Position numbers and translations under genes: made by a program
Notes under the pieces: model-generated
Database searches by the model: none
Told to the model about the DNA's origin: nothing
The model's input: the letters and a program-made list of their open reading frames with translations, nothing else
Shown: positions 17,249 through 27,063 of the stretch, one piece after another
How the letters are laid out: each line of letters opens with the position of its first letter
How positions within the stretch are numbered: the first letter of the stretch is position 1
Assembly (NCBI GenBank): GCA_045807245.1
Contig: JBJMHS010000016.1
Coordinates: 1 to 41,951 of the forward strand
Direction of reading: 5' to 3'
DNA: 41,951 bases
Origin: Actinomycetales bacterium
Lineage (GTDB): Bacteria > Actinomycetota > Actinomycetes > Actinomycetales > CAVURS01

Positions 17249-18064
17249 TCACCGCTTCAGGATCGCCAGTGTCTTCGCGTCCACCCGGCCCGTGGCCTTG
17301 AGGTGGTGGTGCTGCTGGAAGTTCGCCACGGCCGACTTGGTCTGCGGGCCGTAGATGCCGTCAGCCGTGATGTGCAGCAGGCGCTGTACGACGCGGACGA
17401 GCGAGCCCCGGCTCCCGACGGCCAGCGTCTTGTGCGTGGCCTTGTGTGTGCTCTTGTGCGTGGCCTTGTGCTTCGTCGTGGTCGGCTTCGCGACCGAGGA
17501 GTGCGCGCCGTACATCGGGCGTCGGAACTCCTCCGCGACCCACATCTTGCCGTTGACGACGACGATGCCGACCCCGATCTCGGTGAACTCGCGGTCGAGC
17601 ATGTTGGCCCGGTGCTCGGGAGAGGCGTAGAAGGCGGCCTCGAGGCTGGACGCGCTCGGGCCCACGCCGACGTTCTCGCCCAGCACCCGCCAGTTGCTGA
17701 CCGACGAGGCGAGCCGGGGGTTGTGGTACAGCTTGTTCGAGCGGGCCATGGCGGCGGCCCACCGCTGGGCGGCGGCGGACATGTCGCCGCTGACAGCGAG
17801 GCGTGCACGGCCGTGAGCCACCCGCTGGGCGTTGATCGCGTTGACGAAGTAGCTGGCGCTGCTGGACGCGGCGTGCGCCGGACTTGCTCCGACACCGGCC
17901 ACCAGCCCTCCGGCCACCAGGCCCGCAGCGGCGAGGACCGCCAGCCTGCGGCTCGGCATCACCACTGCAGCGAGTGGGCGTGCGGCGAGTGGGCCTGCGG
18001 CGAGTGGGCGTGCGGCGAGTGGGCGTGCGGCGCGAATGCGCTGCCGCGACGGATCGAAACTCAC
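17249..18064 (-). CDS. Secreted CAP (SCP/YkwD-like) domain protein with C-terminal peptidoglycan-binding domain
   Basis: Signal-like LAVLAAAGLVAGG..PAHA. CAP motifs INAQR..HG, LYHN, GENVG, SPEHRANML..F.EIGVG; PG-binding GSRGSLVRVVQRLL..ADGIYGPQTKSAV..FQ. Start uncertain: GTG 18064 after AGGAGG, or ATG near 17959. Confidence 0.82.
   Translation of the reverse strand: MSFDPSRQRIRAARPLAARPLAAGPLAARPLAAVVMPSRRLAVLAAAGLVAGGLVAGVGASPAHAASSSASYFVNAINAQRVAHGRARLAVSGDMSAAAQRWAAAMARSNKLYHNPRLASSVSNWRVLGENVGVGPSASSLEAAFYASPEHRANMLDREFTEIGVGIVVVNGKMWVAEEFRRPMYGAHSSVAKPTTTKHKATHKSTHKATHKTLAVGSRGSLVRVVQRLLHITADGIYGPQTKSAVANFQQHHHLKATGRVDAKTLAILKR
17970..18029. repeat. 4 x 15-bp tandem repeat (GCGAGTGGGCGTGCG) at the 5' end of the CAP gene
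   Basis: Four copies with one substitution; encodes (RPLAA)4-like peptide on the minus strand. Confidence 0.85.
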
Positions 18065-18224
18065 GAGGCCTCCTGGCGTCATATCCCCCTGGGACGTCTT
18101 GTCCTCATTGGGAATCGCCCATTCGTGACTACGTCCTGATAGCCCGCCCGGGTGAGGTGGCCGCTCAGGGCATGGCCCGAGGTAACCCGTCCGGCGTAAC
18201 CGCGGTCTCGGGCACACTTGACAC

Positions 18225-19085
18225 GTGCCCGAGCTGCCGGAGGTCGAAGCGCTCGTCGGCTTCCTGCGCGAGCGCACGGCCGACCTCGCGATCGCGCGCG
18301 TGGACGTCGGCAACATCAGCGTGCTGAAGACGTACGACCCACCGCCGACGGCTCTGGCCGGACTGCCCATCGCGGGCGTCGCGCGGCACGGCAAGTTCGT
18401 CGACCTGGACGCCGAGGGCGTGCACCTGGTGTTCCACCTGGCCCGCGCCGGGTGGTTGCGCTGGTCCGACAAGCTGGCTGCCGCGCCGCTGCGGCCGGGG
18501 AAGAGCCCGATCGGGCTGCGGGTGCACCTGTCCGACGGCTCGGGGTTCGACCTGACGGAGGCCGGGACGCGCAAGCGGCTCGCGGCGTACGTCGTGCGCG
18601 ACCCCCAGGAGGTGCCGGGGATCGCGACACTGGGTCCGGACCCGCTCGACCCGTCGTTCGACCGGGCTGCGCTCGCGGGGGTGCTGGCCGGTCGGCGTAC
18701 CCAGGTCAAAGGTGTGCTGCGCGACCAGTCGTTGATCGCCGGGGTGGGCAACGCCTACAGCGACGAGATCCTGCACGCGGCCAAGCTCTCGCCGTACGCG
18801 GTCTCGGGGTCGCTGTCCGAGGAGGAGATCGACCGGTTGTACGCCGCCACCCGTTCCGTGCTGACGTCAGCGGTCGTCGCGGCGTGGGGCAAGCCGGCCA
18901 AGGAGCTGAAGGACGCCAAGCGTGCGGGGATGGCCGTCCACGGCCGGGCCGGGTTGCCGTGCCCGGTGTGCGGCGACACCGTCCGGGAGGTCTCGTTCGC
19001 CGACCGGTCGCTCCAGTACTGCCCGACCTGCCAGACCGGCGGCAAGCCCCTCGCCGACCGCCGCCTGTCCCGTCTCCTCAAGTAG
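18225..19085 (+). CDS. Fpg/Nei family DNA glycosylase/AP lyase
   Basis: N-terminal PELPEV, RHGKF, H2TH motif DQSLIAGVGNAYSDEILH, zinc finger CPVC...CPTCQ. Confidence 0.95.
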   Translation: MPELPEVEALVGFLRERTADLAIARVDVGNISVLKTYDPPPTALAGLPIAGVARHGKFVDLDAEGVHLVFHLARAGWLRWSDKLAAAPLRPGKSPIGLRVHLSDGSGFDLTEAGTRKRLAAYVVRDPQEVPGIATLGPDPLDPSFDRAALAGVLAGRRTQVKGVLRDQSLIAGVGNAYSDEILHAAKLSPYAVSGSLSEEEIDRLYAATRSVLTSAVVAAWGKPAKELKDAKRAGMAVHGRAGLPCPVCGDTVREVSFADRSLQYCPTCQTGGKPLADRRLSRLLK

Positions 19086-19195
19086 CCCCCCGGTTTGGGT
19101 GCCCTCTGAAAGCCGTCCCCGGGCCCTGAATAGGGCCCGCGCGGAGGCTTTCAGGGGGTAAACCGGCTTTCGGAGGGCACCCAAGCTGGGGGTTA
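19083..19195. repeat. REP-like palindromic element, copy B; probable bidirectional terminator
   Basis: Long imperfect IR running from the fpg TAG to the ogt TAA. CCCTCTGAAAGCCG at 19102; inverted units at 19145 and 19164, 19 bp apart as in copy A. Confidence 0.75.
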
Positions 19196-19807
19196 GGCGG
19201 GGTGGTGGGTGGCTTCGAGGTCGAGCAGGTACTCCTTGGCGGCCAGGCCTCCGGCGTAGCCGGTCAGTGCCCCGTCCGCCGCCACGACCCGGTGGCACGG
19301 CAGCACGATGCACAGCGGGTTCGCCCCCAGCGCGGCCCCGACGGCGCGCGCCGCGCGAGGCCGGCCGACCGCCGCGGCGAGCGAGCCGTACGACGTGCGC
19401 TCGCCGTACGCCGTACCGGACCGCAGCGCGGGCAGCACGTCGCGTTGGAACGGCGTCGCGAGCGCCAGGTCGACCTGGATCTCGTCGAAGGCGTAGCGCC
19501 GGCCGTCGAGGTAGTCGTCCATCGCGGCCCGAGCGCCGTCCAGCGCCCGCGGGTCGCGCACCACGCGCGGGGACACCTGCCGCGACAGGCGGGTGAGCAC
19601 CGCGTCCTCGGTCACGTCGTCCGGTGCGTACGACGAGGCCAGCAGCCGTCCGTCGGACCGGGCCGCGAGCAGCAGCCGGCCCACCGGGGTGTCGTGCGCG
19701 ACGTACGCGACGTCGCCGTGCAGCCGCGGTGGCTGCAGATCCTCCGGTGCCAGGTAGCCGCGCAGCCGGTCCTCCAGGTCCATCACGTGCTGGGTCGTGT
19801 CACTCAT
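19193..19807 (-). CDS. ogt: Methylated-DNA--protein-cysteine S-methyltransferase
   Basis: DTPVGRLLL, TPFQRDV, YGERTSYG, AARAVGAALGANP, active site PCHRVV, GYAGG..K..LL. ATG 19807 overlaps the sigma stop (ATGA). Confidence 0.93.
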   Translation of the reverse strand: MSDTTQHVMDLEDRLRGYLAPEDLQPPRLHGDVAYVAHDTPVGRLLLAARSDGRLLASSYAPDDVTEDAVLTRLSRQVSPRVVRDPRALDGARAAMDDYLDGRRYAFDEIQVDLALATPFQRDVLPALRSGTAYGERTSYGSLAAAVGRPRAARAVGAALGANPLCIVLPCHRVVAADGALTGYAGGLAAKEYLLDLEATHHPA

Positions 19808-20292
19808 GGCGAAACCTCGTCTCGAAGGGCGGCCAGCGCGTCGCTGACCAGTCGTCGGGTCGCAGCGGGGGTGGTGCCCATCGCTGCGGCGACACCCGCG
19901 TGGTCCAGATCGGCCACGTAGCGCAGCGCGATGGCCTCCCGCTGCCGCGGCGGCAGCGCCCGGACCCGCTCCCACAGGCCGGAGTTCGCCTCCGCCACAG
20001 CGGAGTCCGCCGCAGGTACGTGGTTGCGGCTCTCCGGTACGGCGTCGACCGGCGTGGGCCGGCGGGCTCGGGAGCGGTGACCGTCCATCGCGCACCGGGC
20101 GGTGATGGTCATCAGCCAGGAGCGCAGGTTGGCGCTGCTCGTGAGCCTCGGGTACGCCGCGAGCGCCTGGGTCCACGCCTGCTGGGCCACGTCGTCGCCC
20201 TCGCCCGGGCCGGCCAGGGACCGGGCCAGGCGGGCGACGTCGCGCCAGTGGGCGTCGACCAGCTGCTGGAACGGCGGCAGGTGCACGGTCAT
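19804..20292 (-). CDS. ECF-type RNA polymerase sigma-70 factor
   Basis: Region 2 DDVAQQAW..AL...NLRSWLMTI; region 4 VRALPPRQREAIALRYVADL...VAAAMG...ATRRLVSDAL; 162 aa from ATG 20292. Confidence 0.88.
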   Translation of the reverse strand: MTVHLPPFQQLVDAHWRDVARLARSLAGPGEGDDVAQQAWTQALAAYPRLTSSANLRSWLMTITARCAMDGHRSRARRPTPVDAVPESRNHVPAADSAVAEANSGLWERVRALPPRQREAIALRYVADLDHAGVAAAMGTTPAATRRLVSDALAALRDEVSP

Positions 20293-21104
20293 GGAACGCT
20301 CGACGTCACCGGGCTGTGAGGGTCGCGGGTCGCGTGCCGGTGCGCCCGGATCCCCGCCCAGGCGAGCGACCACACACCGAGGGCCACGATGAGGGCGCCG
20401 CAGGCCGCCTTGACCGTGTCCGACCAGAGCAGCAGGTGGGTCGTGTCGACGGCGGCGACGTGGCGGTACTCGACGGCCGCGGAGGCGAGGGCGCCGGCCG
20501 CGCTGACCACCACCACGACGATGCGCAGGGCCGGGCCGACATGCTCGTCGACGTCCGGCGCCGCCCGCCGCGGCCACTGCACGAGCAGGTACGCCGTGAC
20601 CACCGCCAGGCCGAGCACCGAGGAGGCCGCCTGCAGCCAGCTGACGATCAGATGCCCCGCGACGTCACCCTGCAGCGGCGCCCAGCGTCGCGCGACGTAC
20701 CCGTCGGAGTGCGTGAAGGAGTCCCAGCCGAGGTGCGTGGCCAGCCCGACCAGCTCGGACAGGGCGAGCCAGCCGGCCCACGGCAGCACCGCCGCGAGAT
20801 CGAGCCGGCCGCGCGTCCACACGGCGCGCCAGCCGGCCGGGCCGCACCGCGCCGCTGCGGCCGGCCACAGGGGGGCCAGCCCTGGCCGCAGCAGCACCCA
20901 CCACGCGGCGAGCAGACCGACAGCGAGCAGACCGTCCGGCCAGAGGATGGCGGTCGGCGGGTGGGTCTGGTCGTGGGTCAGCCCGAGCGGCAGGAAGGAC
21001 GGCAGGTCGGGAGCGACCGAGCCGGTGAGCAGGCCGGCCGTGACCCAGCGCCCGCGCCGCACGAGCGGCAGCACGGCGGCGGGGTGGCTGGCGGTGAACG
21101 GCAT
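20289..21104 (-). CDS. DUF4184 family membrane protein
   Basis: MPFTASHPAAVLPL, GSVAPDL, THLGWDSFTH, WLQAASS; stop overlaps the sigma ATG. Confidence 0.82.
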   Translation of the reverse strand: MPFTASHPAAVLPLVRRGRWVTAGLLTGSVAPDLPSFLPLGLTHDQTHPPTAILWPDGLLAVGLLAAWWVLLRPGLAPLWPAAAARCGPAGWRAVWTRGRLDLAAVLPWAGWLALSELVGLATHLGWDSFTHSDGYVARRWAPLQGDVAGHLIVSWLQAASSVLGLAVVTAYLLVQWPRRAAPDVDEHVGPALRIVVVVVSAAGALASAAVEYRHVAAVDTTHLLLWSDTVKAACGALIVALGVWSLAWAGIRAHRHATRDPHSPVTSSVP

Positions 21105-21195
21105 CGGTCCAGTGTCGTCGCTGCCGCTGTGCGCAGACCGACGGTCCGGCTGGGTGCGTGTCGCCGGGCAGCGCTTCACCCGAGCGGCTGCCACC

Positions 21196-22005
21196 ATGGG
21201 GCACGTGCAACCGCAGGTGGTCGCGCACCGGGGTTCCACCGCGGAGCAGCCCGAGCACACCCTGGGGGCCTACCGCCGGGCCATCGAGACCGGGGCGGAC
21301 GCGTTGGAGTGCGACGTCCGGCTCACCGCCGACGGTCACCTGGTGTGTGTCCACGACCGGCGGGTCAACCGGACCAGCAACGGCCACGGCCGGGTGTCGA
21401 CGCTGGAGCTGGCCGAGCTCGAGAAGCTCGACTGGGGCTCGTGGAAGGCCGACTGGGCCGACGCCGCCGACCCCGAGCAGCCGGACCGCAACCGCGGTCA
21501 GCTGCTCACCCTGCGCGCCCTGCTCGCGGTGGTCACGGAGTCGGAGCGACCGGTCGACCTCGCGATCGAGACCAAGCACCCGACCCGGTACGCCGGGCAG
21601 GTGGAGCGAACGCTGTACACGGTGCTGCGCGACTTCGACCTGCTGACGCCGCGGCCCGACGGCACGTCGCCCGTCCGGGTCATGTCCTTCTCGCCGGTTG
21701 CGCTGTCGCGCATGCGTCAGCTGGCCCCGAGTGTCCCGCTCGTGCAGCTGACCTGGGACCGGTTGCGCGCCAAGTGGTTCATCGACGGCGGGGGCATGCC
21801 CAAGGGTGTGCAGATCGTCGGCGCCGCGATCGAGACGGTGGAAAAGCAGCCGTCGCTGGTGCGCCGGGCCCACGCCGCCGGCTTCCCCGTCCACGTCTAC
21901 ACCGTCGACCGCGACGACCAGGTCGAGCTGTGCCGTGAGCTCGAGGTCGAGGCGATCATCACCAACCGCCCGCGGCACGTGCTCGAGCTGCTGGGCCGGG
22001 CCTGA
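21196..22005 (+). CDS. Glycerophosphodiester phosphodiesterase (GDPD family)
   Basis: VVAHRG, PEHTL.AY, LECDVRLTADG.LVCVHD..V.RT, IETKHP, VYTVD, IITNRP. Start ATG 21196 or GTG 21205. Confidence 0.92.
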   Translation: MGHVQPQVVAHRGSTAEQPEHTLGAYRRAIETGADALECDVRLTADGHLVCVHDRRVNRTSNGHGRVSTLELAELEKLDWGSWKADWADAADPEQPDRNRGQLLTLRALLAVVTESERPVDLAIETKHPTRYAGQVERTLYTVLRDFDLLTPRPDGTSPVRVMSFSPVALSRMRQLAPSVPLVQLTWDRLRAKWFIDGGGMPKGVQIVGAAIETVEKQPSLVRRAHAAGFPVHVYTVDRDDQVELCRELEVEAIITNRPRHVLELLGRA

Positions 22006-22123
22006 GTGGTGGATGCCTGACTGATGGACGGCTCGCGGCTCGCGAGTCGTGCTCCGGCATCACCCGAGTTACAGTCGAAGAGAGGCGTCGCCCAGGGACG
22101 GGGCAACGTACGGAGGGGCAGCG

Positions 22124-22552
22124 ATGACGCACGGGCCGGGCACCGCCGCGACCCGGGCCGTGCGCCTGCCGTTCGGACTCAGCGCCGTACCGATGGCCCG
22201 AGCGCAGGTCGTGGCCGAGCTCAGGCACCTCGGCGTGGACCCCCACGTGGTCGACGAGGCCGAGAGTGTCGTCGCCGAGCTGGTCGGGAACGCCGTCCGG
22301 CATGCCTCGCCGTTGCCCGACGGCACAGTCCGGGTCCGGTGGCAGGTCCGCGCGGGAGTGGTCGAGCTGGACGTGACGGATGGCGGTGGGCCGACCCAGC
22401 CCGCGCCCAAGCCGGCGACCCGGTTCGGCTCGTCGGGCCGGGGGCTGCGCATCGTCCGCAGCCTCGCGCACGAGTGGGGCGTGGTCGGCGGCCCGCCCGG
22501 CAACACCGTCTGGGCCAGCATCGGCGGCCCGTCGAGGCGACGCGCCACGTAG
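22124..22552 (+). CDS. HATPase_c-like ATP-binding protein (RsbW/anti-sigma-like)
   Basis: AELVGNAVRHA (N box), DVTDGG (G1), SGRGLRIVRSLA.EWGV (G2); GGAGGG SD. Confidence 0.85.
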   Translation: MTHGPGTAATRAVRLPFGLSAVPMARAQVVAELRHLGVDPHVVDEAESVVAELVGNAVRHASPLPDGTVRVRWQVRAGVVELDVTDGGGPTQPAPKPATRFGSSGRGLRIVRSLAHEWGVVGGPPGNTVWASIGGPSRRRAT

Positions 22553-22587
22553 CGGTCGCCGCTCGACGGTGGCCTAGGCTCCGCGCC

Positions 22588-23592
22588 ATGGCCTCGCACG
22601 CGCGCCGGCGCACGTCGCGCCGCCCTGCCCAGACCGGACGCACGGCCCGCGCGGGTCACCCGGGCCGGAGCGCTGACCAGGAGGTACCGGTCGTCGGGCC
22701 GCGCGAGCAGTGTCCGTGCGGGTCGGGCAAGCGCTACAAGATGTGTCACGGACGCGGCGCGGCCGACCCGGTCACCCTGGTGCAGCGGCCGTTCGCCGGC
22801 CTGCCGGGCGAGGCCGACTGGGTCGCCCTGCGCGAGATCGTGCCGGCCGCGACGGCGCCCCTGAAGCTCAGGCCCGAGTTCGGGCCGCCGAACCAGGCGA
22901 TGGCCGCGACCGTGCTCCCGCTCGCCTGGCCGGGCCTGCACAGGGCCGACGGCCAGGTCTGGGTCGGGCTGCAGGCCACGGGCTCGTCGGGCGACGCGAG
23001 CCGAGACCTGGCCGACGCGTTGCTACGGGCCATCGACACCGAGCCCGGATCGCCGGTCGCGCCCGTCGACCTGCCTGGCGCCGGTCCCCGGCTGCAGGAC
23101 GTGCTCGTGCTGGACCAGCCGCTGGCCGTGACCGTGCACGAGGGCTTCGACTTCTGGATCGCGGACGCGGACGAGGCCACGCTGGACGCGGACGTGCGTG
23201 AGTCTCTCGAGCGCGCCAACTCCGCCGTCGTACCGACCGTGCGGCTCACCTCCGTCGACGCGGCGTACTGGTGCAGGATCGGCGACCGGACGCACCTGCG
23301 CTGGGTCATGACCCACGACGAGGAGCCGCTGCTCGACGCGATCGCGCGCCTGTACGCGGCGGGCGCGTCGCGGATCGGCGACGCCGGCCGGTACGTCGGG
23401 TCGTTCCGGGCGCACGGCCTCCTCGTTCCCGTCTGGGACCTCGACCCCGACGCGGTGGCGGGGGATGTCGAGGCACCCGCCGCGGCCTTCGAGCAGGCGC
23501 TCGCGGAGGCGCTCGGCCGGACCGAACCGCTCACCGCCGACGAACGCCGGGCCCGGGCCGGAGTGGCCAGCCGCCAGATCACCCTGCGCTAG
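22588..23592 (+). CDS. SEC-C motif protein, DUF5926-like (conserved actinobacterial protein)
   Basis: CPCGSGKRYKMCHG zinc motif; RPFAGLPGEADWVALRE.VPAATA, AAYWC...HLRWV, G.FRAHGLLVPVWDL, RQITLR. Confidence 0.8.
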   Translation: MASHARRRTSRRPAQTGRTARAGHPGRSADQEVPVVGPREQCPCGSGKRYKMCHGRGAADPVTLVQRPFAGLPGEADWVALREIVPAATAPLKLRPEFGPPNQAMAATVLPLAWPGLHRADGQVWVGLQATGSSGDASRDLADALLRAIDTEPGSPVAPVDLPGAGPRLQDVLVLDQPLAVTVHEGFDFWIADADEATLDADVRESLERANSAVVPTVRLTSVDAAYWCRIGDRTHLRWVMTHDEEPLLDAIARLYAAGASRIGDAGRYVGSFRAHGLLVPVWDLDPDAVAGDVEAPAAAFEQALAEALGRTEPLTADERRARAGVASRQITLR

Positions 23593-23610
23593 CTGTGCTC
23601 GGCCCGCCGT

Positions 23611-24807
23611 TCAGACCGGTTCGCGGACGATCGGGCAGGACATGCACCGCGGCCCGCCGCGGCCGGAGCCCAGCTCGCTGCCGCTGATGGCCACCACCTC
23701 GATGCCCGCCGCTTCGAGCCGCGCGTTGGTCTGGGTGTTGCGCTCGTAGGCGACCGCCATGCGCGGTGCGATGCACAGCGTGTTGTTGCCGTCGTCCCAC
23801 TGCTCGCGCTCGGCGGTCACCGGGTCGAGCCCGGTGTCGATGACCCGCAGCTCGTCGATGCCCATCGCGGCGGCGGCGGCCTTGAGGAACGGCTGGCGGG
23901 CCTCGACCCGCAGGGCCGCGCCGTCCCAGCTGACCGGCACGGCCTCCAGCGTCCCGGCGATGGCGGGGTACATCACGACGGCGTCGACGTCGACCATCGT
24001 GCAGACCGTGTCCAGGTGCATCGTGGCGCGTTCCTGCGCGATCGGTACGGCGAGCACCGTGTGCGCGAGACCGCGCGACAGCACGCGGTGGGCCAGGCGC
24101 TCGACGCCCGCGGGGGTCGTGCGCTCGCCGGTCCCGACCGCGACGACGCCGGGTGCGAGCAGCAGGATGTCGCCACCCTCGACCGGCTCGAGCTCACGTT
24201 CGTAGGCGAGCTCGGTCCCGACGAACCGCGGGTGGTAGCGGTAGATGACCTCGGTCAGCGACGTCTCGCGCCGCCGAGCCGGCATGGCCAGGCTGGTGAC
24301 GGCCACCTCCGCTCCGATCCACGCGCTGGAGTCGCGGGTGAAGAGCAGGTTCGGCAGGGGCTCGATGACGAAGTCGTCGGCTGCCGCGAGCGCAGCCACC
24401 AGGCCGGCGATGCGGGCTCCTGCCAGCTGAGCCACCTCGTCGTGCCGCAGGCCCGCGGTGAGCGCCGTCGTCAGCGCGACGGGGTCGAGGTCGGACAGCA
24501 GCTCGCGGAGCAGGATCCGCAGGTCGTCGCCCAGGGCGGGGTCGCCGAGCGCGGCCAGGACGGCCAGCTCTCGAGCGTCGGGCCCAGCGAGCGTCTCGCG
24601 CAGCAGGTCGGTCAGATAGAGCACCTCGACCCCGCGCGACCGCAGCGCTCCGGCGAAGGCGTCGTGCTCCACCTGCGCCCGTTCGACCCAGGGGATGCCG
24701 TCGAACAGGAGGCGGTCGTTGTTGCGCGGGGTCAGGCGGCTGAGCTCCGGCCCGGGGCGATGCAGCATGACTGTGCGGAGCCGCCCGACCTCAGAGGTGA
24801 CCGTCAT
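23611..24807 (-). CDS. arcA: Arginine deiminase
   Basis: [65 protein letters not shown]. Confidence 0.95.
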   Translation of the reverse strand: MTVTSEVGRLRTVMLHRPGPELSRLTPRNNDRLLFDGIPWVERAQVEHDAFAGALRSRGVEVLYLTDLLRETLAGPDARELAVLAALGDPALGDDLRILLRELLSDLDPVALTTALTAGLRHDEVAQLAGARIAGLVAALAAADDFVIEPLPNLLFTRDSSAWIGAEVAVTSLAMPARRRETSLTEVIYRYHPRFVGTELAYERELEPVEGGDILLLAPGVVAVGTGERTTPAGVERLAHRVLSRGLAHTVLAVPIAQERATMHLDTVCTMVDVDAVVMYPAIAGTLEAVPVSWDGAALRVEARQPFLKAAAAAMGIDELRVIDTGLDPVTAEREQWDDGNNTLCIAPRMAVAYERNTQTNARLEAAGIEVVAISGSELGSGRGGPRCMSCPIVREPV

Positions 24808-24836
24808 GCGCACAGCATGCCGATAATCTCCCGAGG

Positions 24837-25556
24837 ATGCGTGGGAGACCCCCGGAGGGGATAGCGGTCGTGATCCCGGCCAAGGACGAGGCCGCCCGGA
24901 TCGCCGCGACCGTCGTCGCAGCGGCAACCATCCCCCACGTCGACCTGGTGGTCGTCGTCGACGACGGCAGCAGGGACGCGACCGGTCGGTTGGCGGGCGA
25001 GGCGGGCGCCGTCGTGATCCGCCATCCGCGCAACCGCGGCAAGGCGGCCGCGATGGAGTCCGGCGCCGCGGAGGTCGGGCGGCGGGACGATGGCCCGACG
25101 CCGCACGCGCTGCTGTTCGTCGATGCCGACCTCGAGGAGAGTGCCACCGAGACCGTCGCGTTGGCGCGGCCGGTCCTGTCCGGTGAGGCCGACATGACCG
25201 TGGCTGTGCTGCCGGCCCAACGACAGAGCGGTGGGGGTCACGGTTTCGTCGTCCGGTTGGCGCGGGACGGCATTCGCAAAGCGACCGGCTTTGTTGCAAC
25301 ACAGCCACTTTCAGGTATGCGCTGCCTGACGCGCGAGGCGTTCGAGGCCGCCCGGCCGCTGGCCCGGGGGTGGGGTGTCGAGGTCGGCTTGACCATCGAC
25401 GTGCTGCGCGGCGGCTATCGGATGCAGGAGGTCGCCTGCGACCTGCATCACCGGGTCACGGGCAAGGACCTGCGTTCGCAGCTGCACCGCGCTGCGCAGT
25501 ACCGGGATGTCGCCCGCGCCTTGATCGCCCGACGGTTCCGTGCCCGCCGGCGCTGA
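24837..25556 (+). CDS. Glycosyltransferase family 2 (small, soluble; polyprenyl-phosphate or GpgS-like)
   Basis: [25 protein letters not shown], DxD motif FVDADL, QPLSGMR. Confidence 0.88.
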   Translation: MRGRPPEGIAVVIPAKDEAARIAATVVAAATIPHVDLVVVVDDGSRDATGRLAGEAGAVVIRHPRNRGKAAAMESGAAEVGRRDDGPTPHALLFVDADLEESATETVALARPVLSGEADMTVAVLPAQRQSGGGHGFVVRLARDGIRKATGFVATQPLSGMRCLTREAFEAARPLARGWGVEVGLTIDVLRGGYRMQEVACDLHHRVTGKDLRSQLHRAAQYRDVARALIARRFRARRR

Positions 25557-27063
25557 CGCCGCCCGGCTGGCCCGGGCGGCGGGTGGGCTGGTCGGCGCAT
25601 CGGCCGCGATGGTCCTCCTCACGTCGGCGCTGGGGCCGTCGGCGGTGGAGCCGGGACTGGGTCCGCGCTCCGGTGTGCGCGGCATCCTCCCGCCGTACTC
25701 GCTGGACCTGCATGCGTCGTCCGCCCTGGTGACCGCGCTCATGGTCACGGCGTACGTCGTGGGCGGTCTTGGTGTCGGGCTCGGTCTGCTTGCGGTACGC
25801 CGAGGGCACCGGCTCGACCCCCGCCGGGCCTGGTGGCTCGGCGTGCTGCTCGCACTGGGTGCGGTCCTGGTGCCGCCCGTCGGGTCGGCCGACCACATCA
25901 ACTACGCGGCGTACGGCCGGATCGCGGCGCAGGGCGGTGACCCGTACACCGAGTCGCCGGCCGCGTGGCACGGTGGCCGCGACCCGGTCACCTCGGCGGT
26001 GGAAGCGCCATGGACCCGCACGCCCAGCATCTACGGCCCCGTCGCGACCGCCTTTCAGGCGGCGGCCAGCGTGGCCGGCGGCGACAGCCTGCGCGCGACG
26101 GTGTGGTTCTGGCAGCTGCTGTGCGCGGCGTCCTGGCTGCTGGTCGGGTGGCTCTTGCTCCGGCTCACCGCCGCGCGGGCCGGTGAGCGGTCACCGCCGC
26201 AGTCGCGGGCCGTGTGGCTCTGGCTGTTCAACCCCGTGCTGTACGGCGTGGCGCTCCTCGGCGCCCACATCGACATCATCTCGGCCGGCCTCGTGATGAT
26301 CGCCTTGTTGCTTGCTCTGCGACAACCGTTTGCCGCCGGCGTTGCGGTCGGCGCCGCCACGGGGACCAAGCTCACGATGGTGCTCGCCGTCCCGGCCCTG
26401 GTCTGGGCTCTGCGCAGCATCGGCCGCACCCGACTCGCCCGCAACCTCGCGCTGGGGCTGGTCGGTGCGGTGGCCGTGCTGCTGCCAGCGCACCTCTGGG
26501 TCGGCGCGCACGTGTTCGACGAGCTCAAGGTGGCGCACCGGTTCATCTCGCTGGCGACCCCGTGGCGCCCGGTGTTCGACGCGCTCAAGGGACCGGTGGG
26601 CAACAACGAGCTGCGGGACTGGGTGGTGCGGCTGACACCTGTCGTGGTCGTCCTGATCGCTGTCGCCCTGGCCAGGGTCGCCCGCCCAGCCGCGAACCTG
26701 CGCGGCCGGTCGGTGGGCGAGCCCTTCGACGCCGAGCTGGAACGGGTCGTCAGCGACGGCGCGGTCGCGCTGGTCGTGCTGACCGGCGCCTACCTGCTGG
26801 GGGCGCCGTACTCGCTGCCCTGGTACGACACGGGGACGTGGGCGCCGCTCGCGCTCGCGGCCGGCGGCGCGTTGGATGCGGTCTTCCTGGTCCGGCTGGT
26901 GGCGTTCGCAACGGCGTACGTGCCGGGTCGCGTGATCGGCATGTCCGCGCGGGTCGAAGAGGTGACGATGGACTACCGCCGTCACGTCACGCCGTACGTG
27001 GGATGGGTCCTGCTGGGGGCGTTGGTGCTCCTGGCGGGTCGCCGGCGGACCCCAGAGCGGTGA
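25540..27063 (+). CDS. GT-C polyprenol-phosphomannose-dependent glycosyltransferase, MptA/MptB-like
   Basis: Multi-TM; GSADHINYAAYGRI...GGDPY, PSIYGP, NP...AHID, PWY. Overlaps the GT2 end by 17 nt. Confidence 0.72.
   Translation: MPAGADAARLARAAGGLVGASAAMVLLTSALGPSAVEPGLGPRSGVRGILPPYSLDLHASSALVTALMVTAYVVGGLGVGLGLLAVRRGHRLDPRRAWWLGVLLALGAVLVPPVGSADHINYAAYGRIAAQGGDPYTESPAAWHGGRDPVTSAVEAPWTRTPSIYGPVATAFQAAASVAGGDSLRATVWFWQLLCAASWLLVGWLLLRLTAARAGERSPPQSRAVWLWLFNPVLYGVALLGAHIDIISAGLVMIALLLALRQPFAAGVAVGAATGTKLTMVLAVPALVWALRSIGRTRLARNLALGLVGAVAVLLPAHLWVGAHVFDELKVAHRFISLATPWRPVFDALKGPVGNNELRDWVVRLTPVVVVLIAVALARVARPAANLRGRSVGEPFDAELERVVSDGAVALVVLTGAYLLGAPYSLPWYDTGTWAPLALAAGGALDAVFLVRLVAFATAYVPGRVIGMSARVEEVTMDYRRHVTPYVGWVLLGALVLLAGRRRTPER

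Noticed and set aside
18065..18224. c-di-AMP (ydaO) riboswitch or GlnR/MtrA box upstream of the cell-wall CAP gene
   Set aside because: No ydaO-like conserved blocks seen; the GTAAC repeat is spaced by 9 nt rather than 6.
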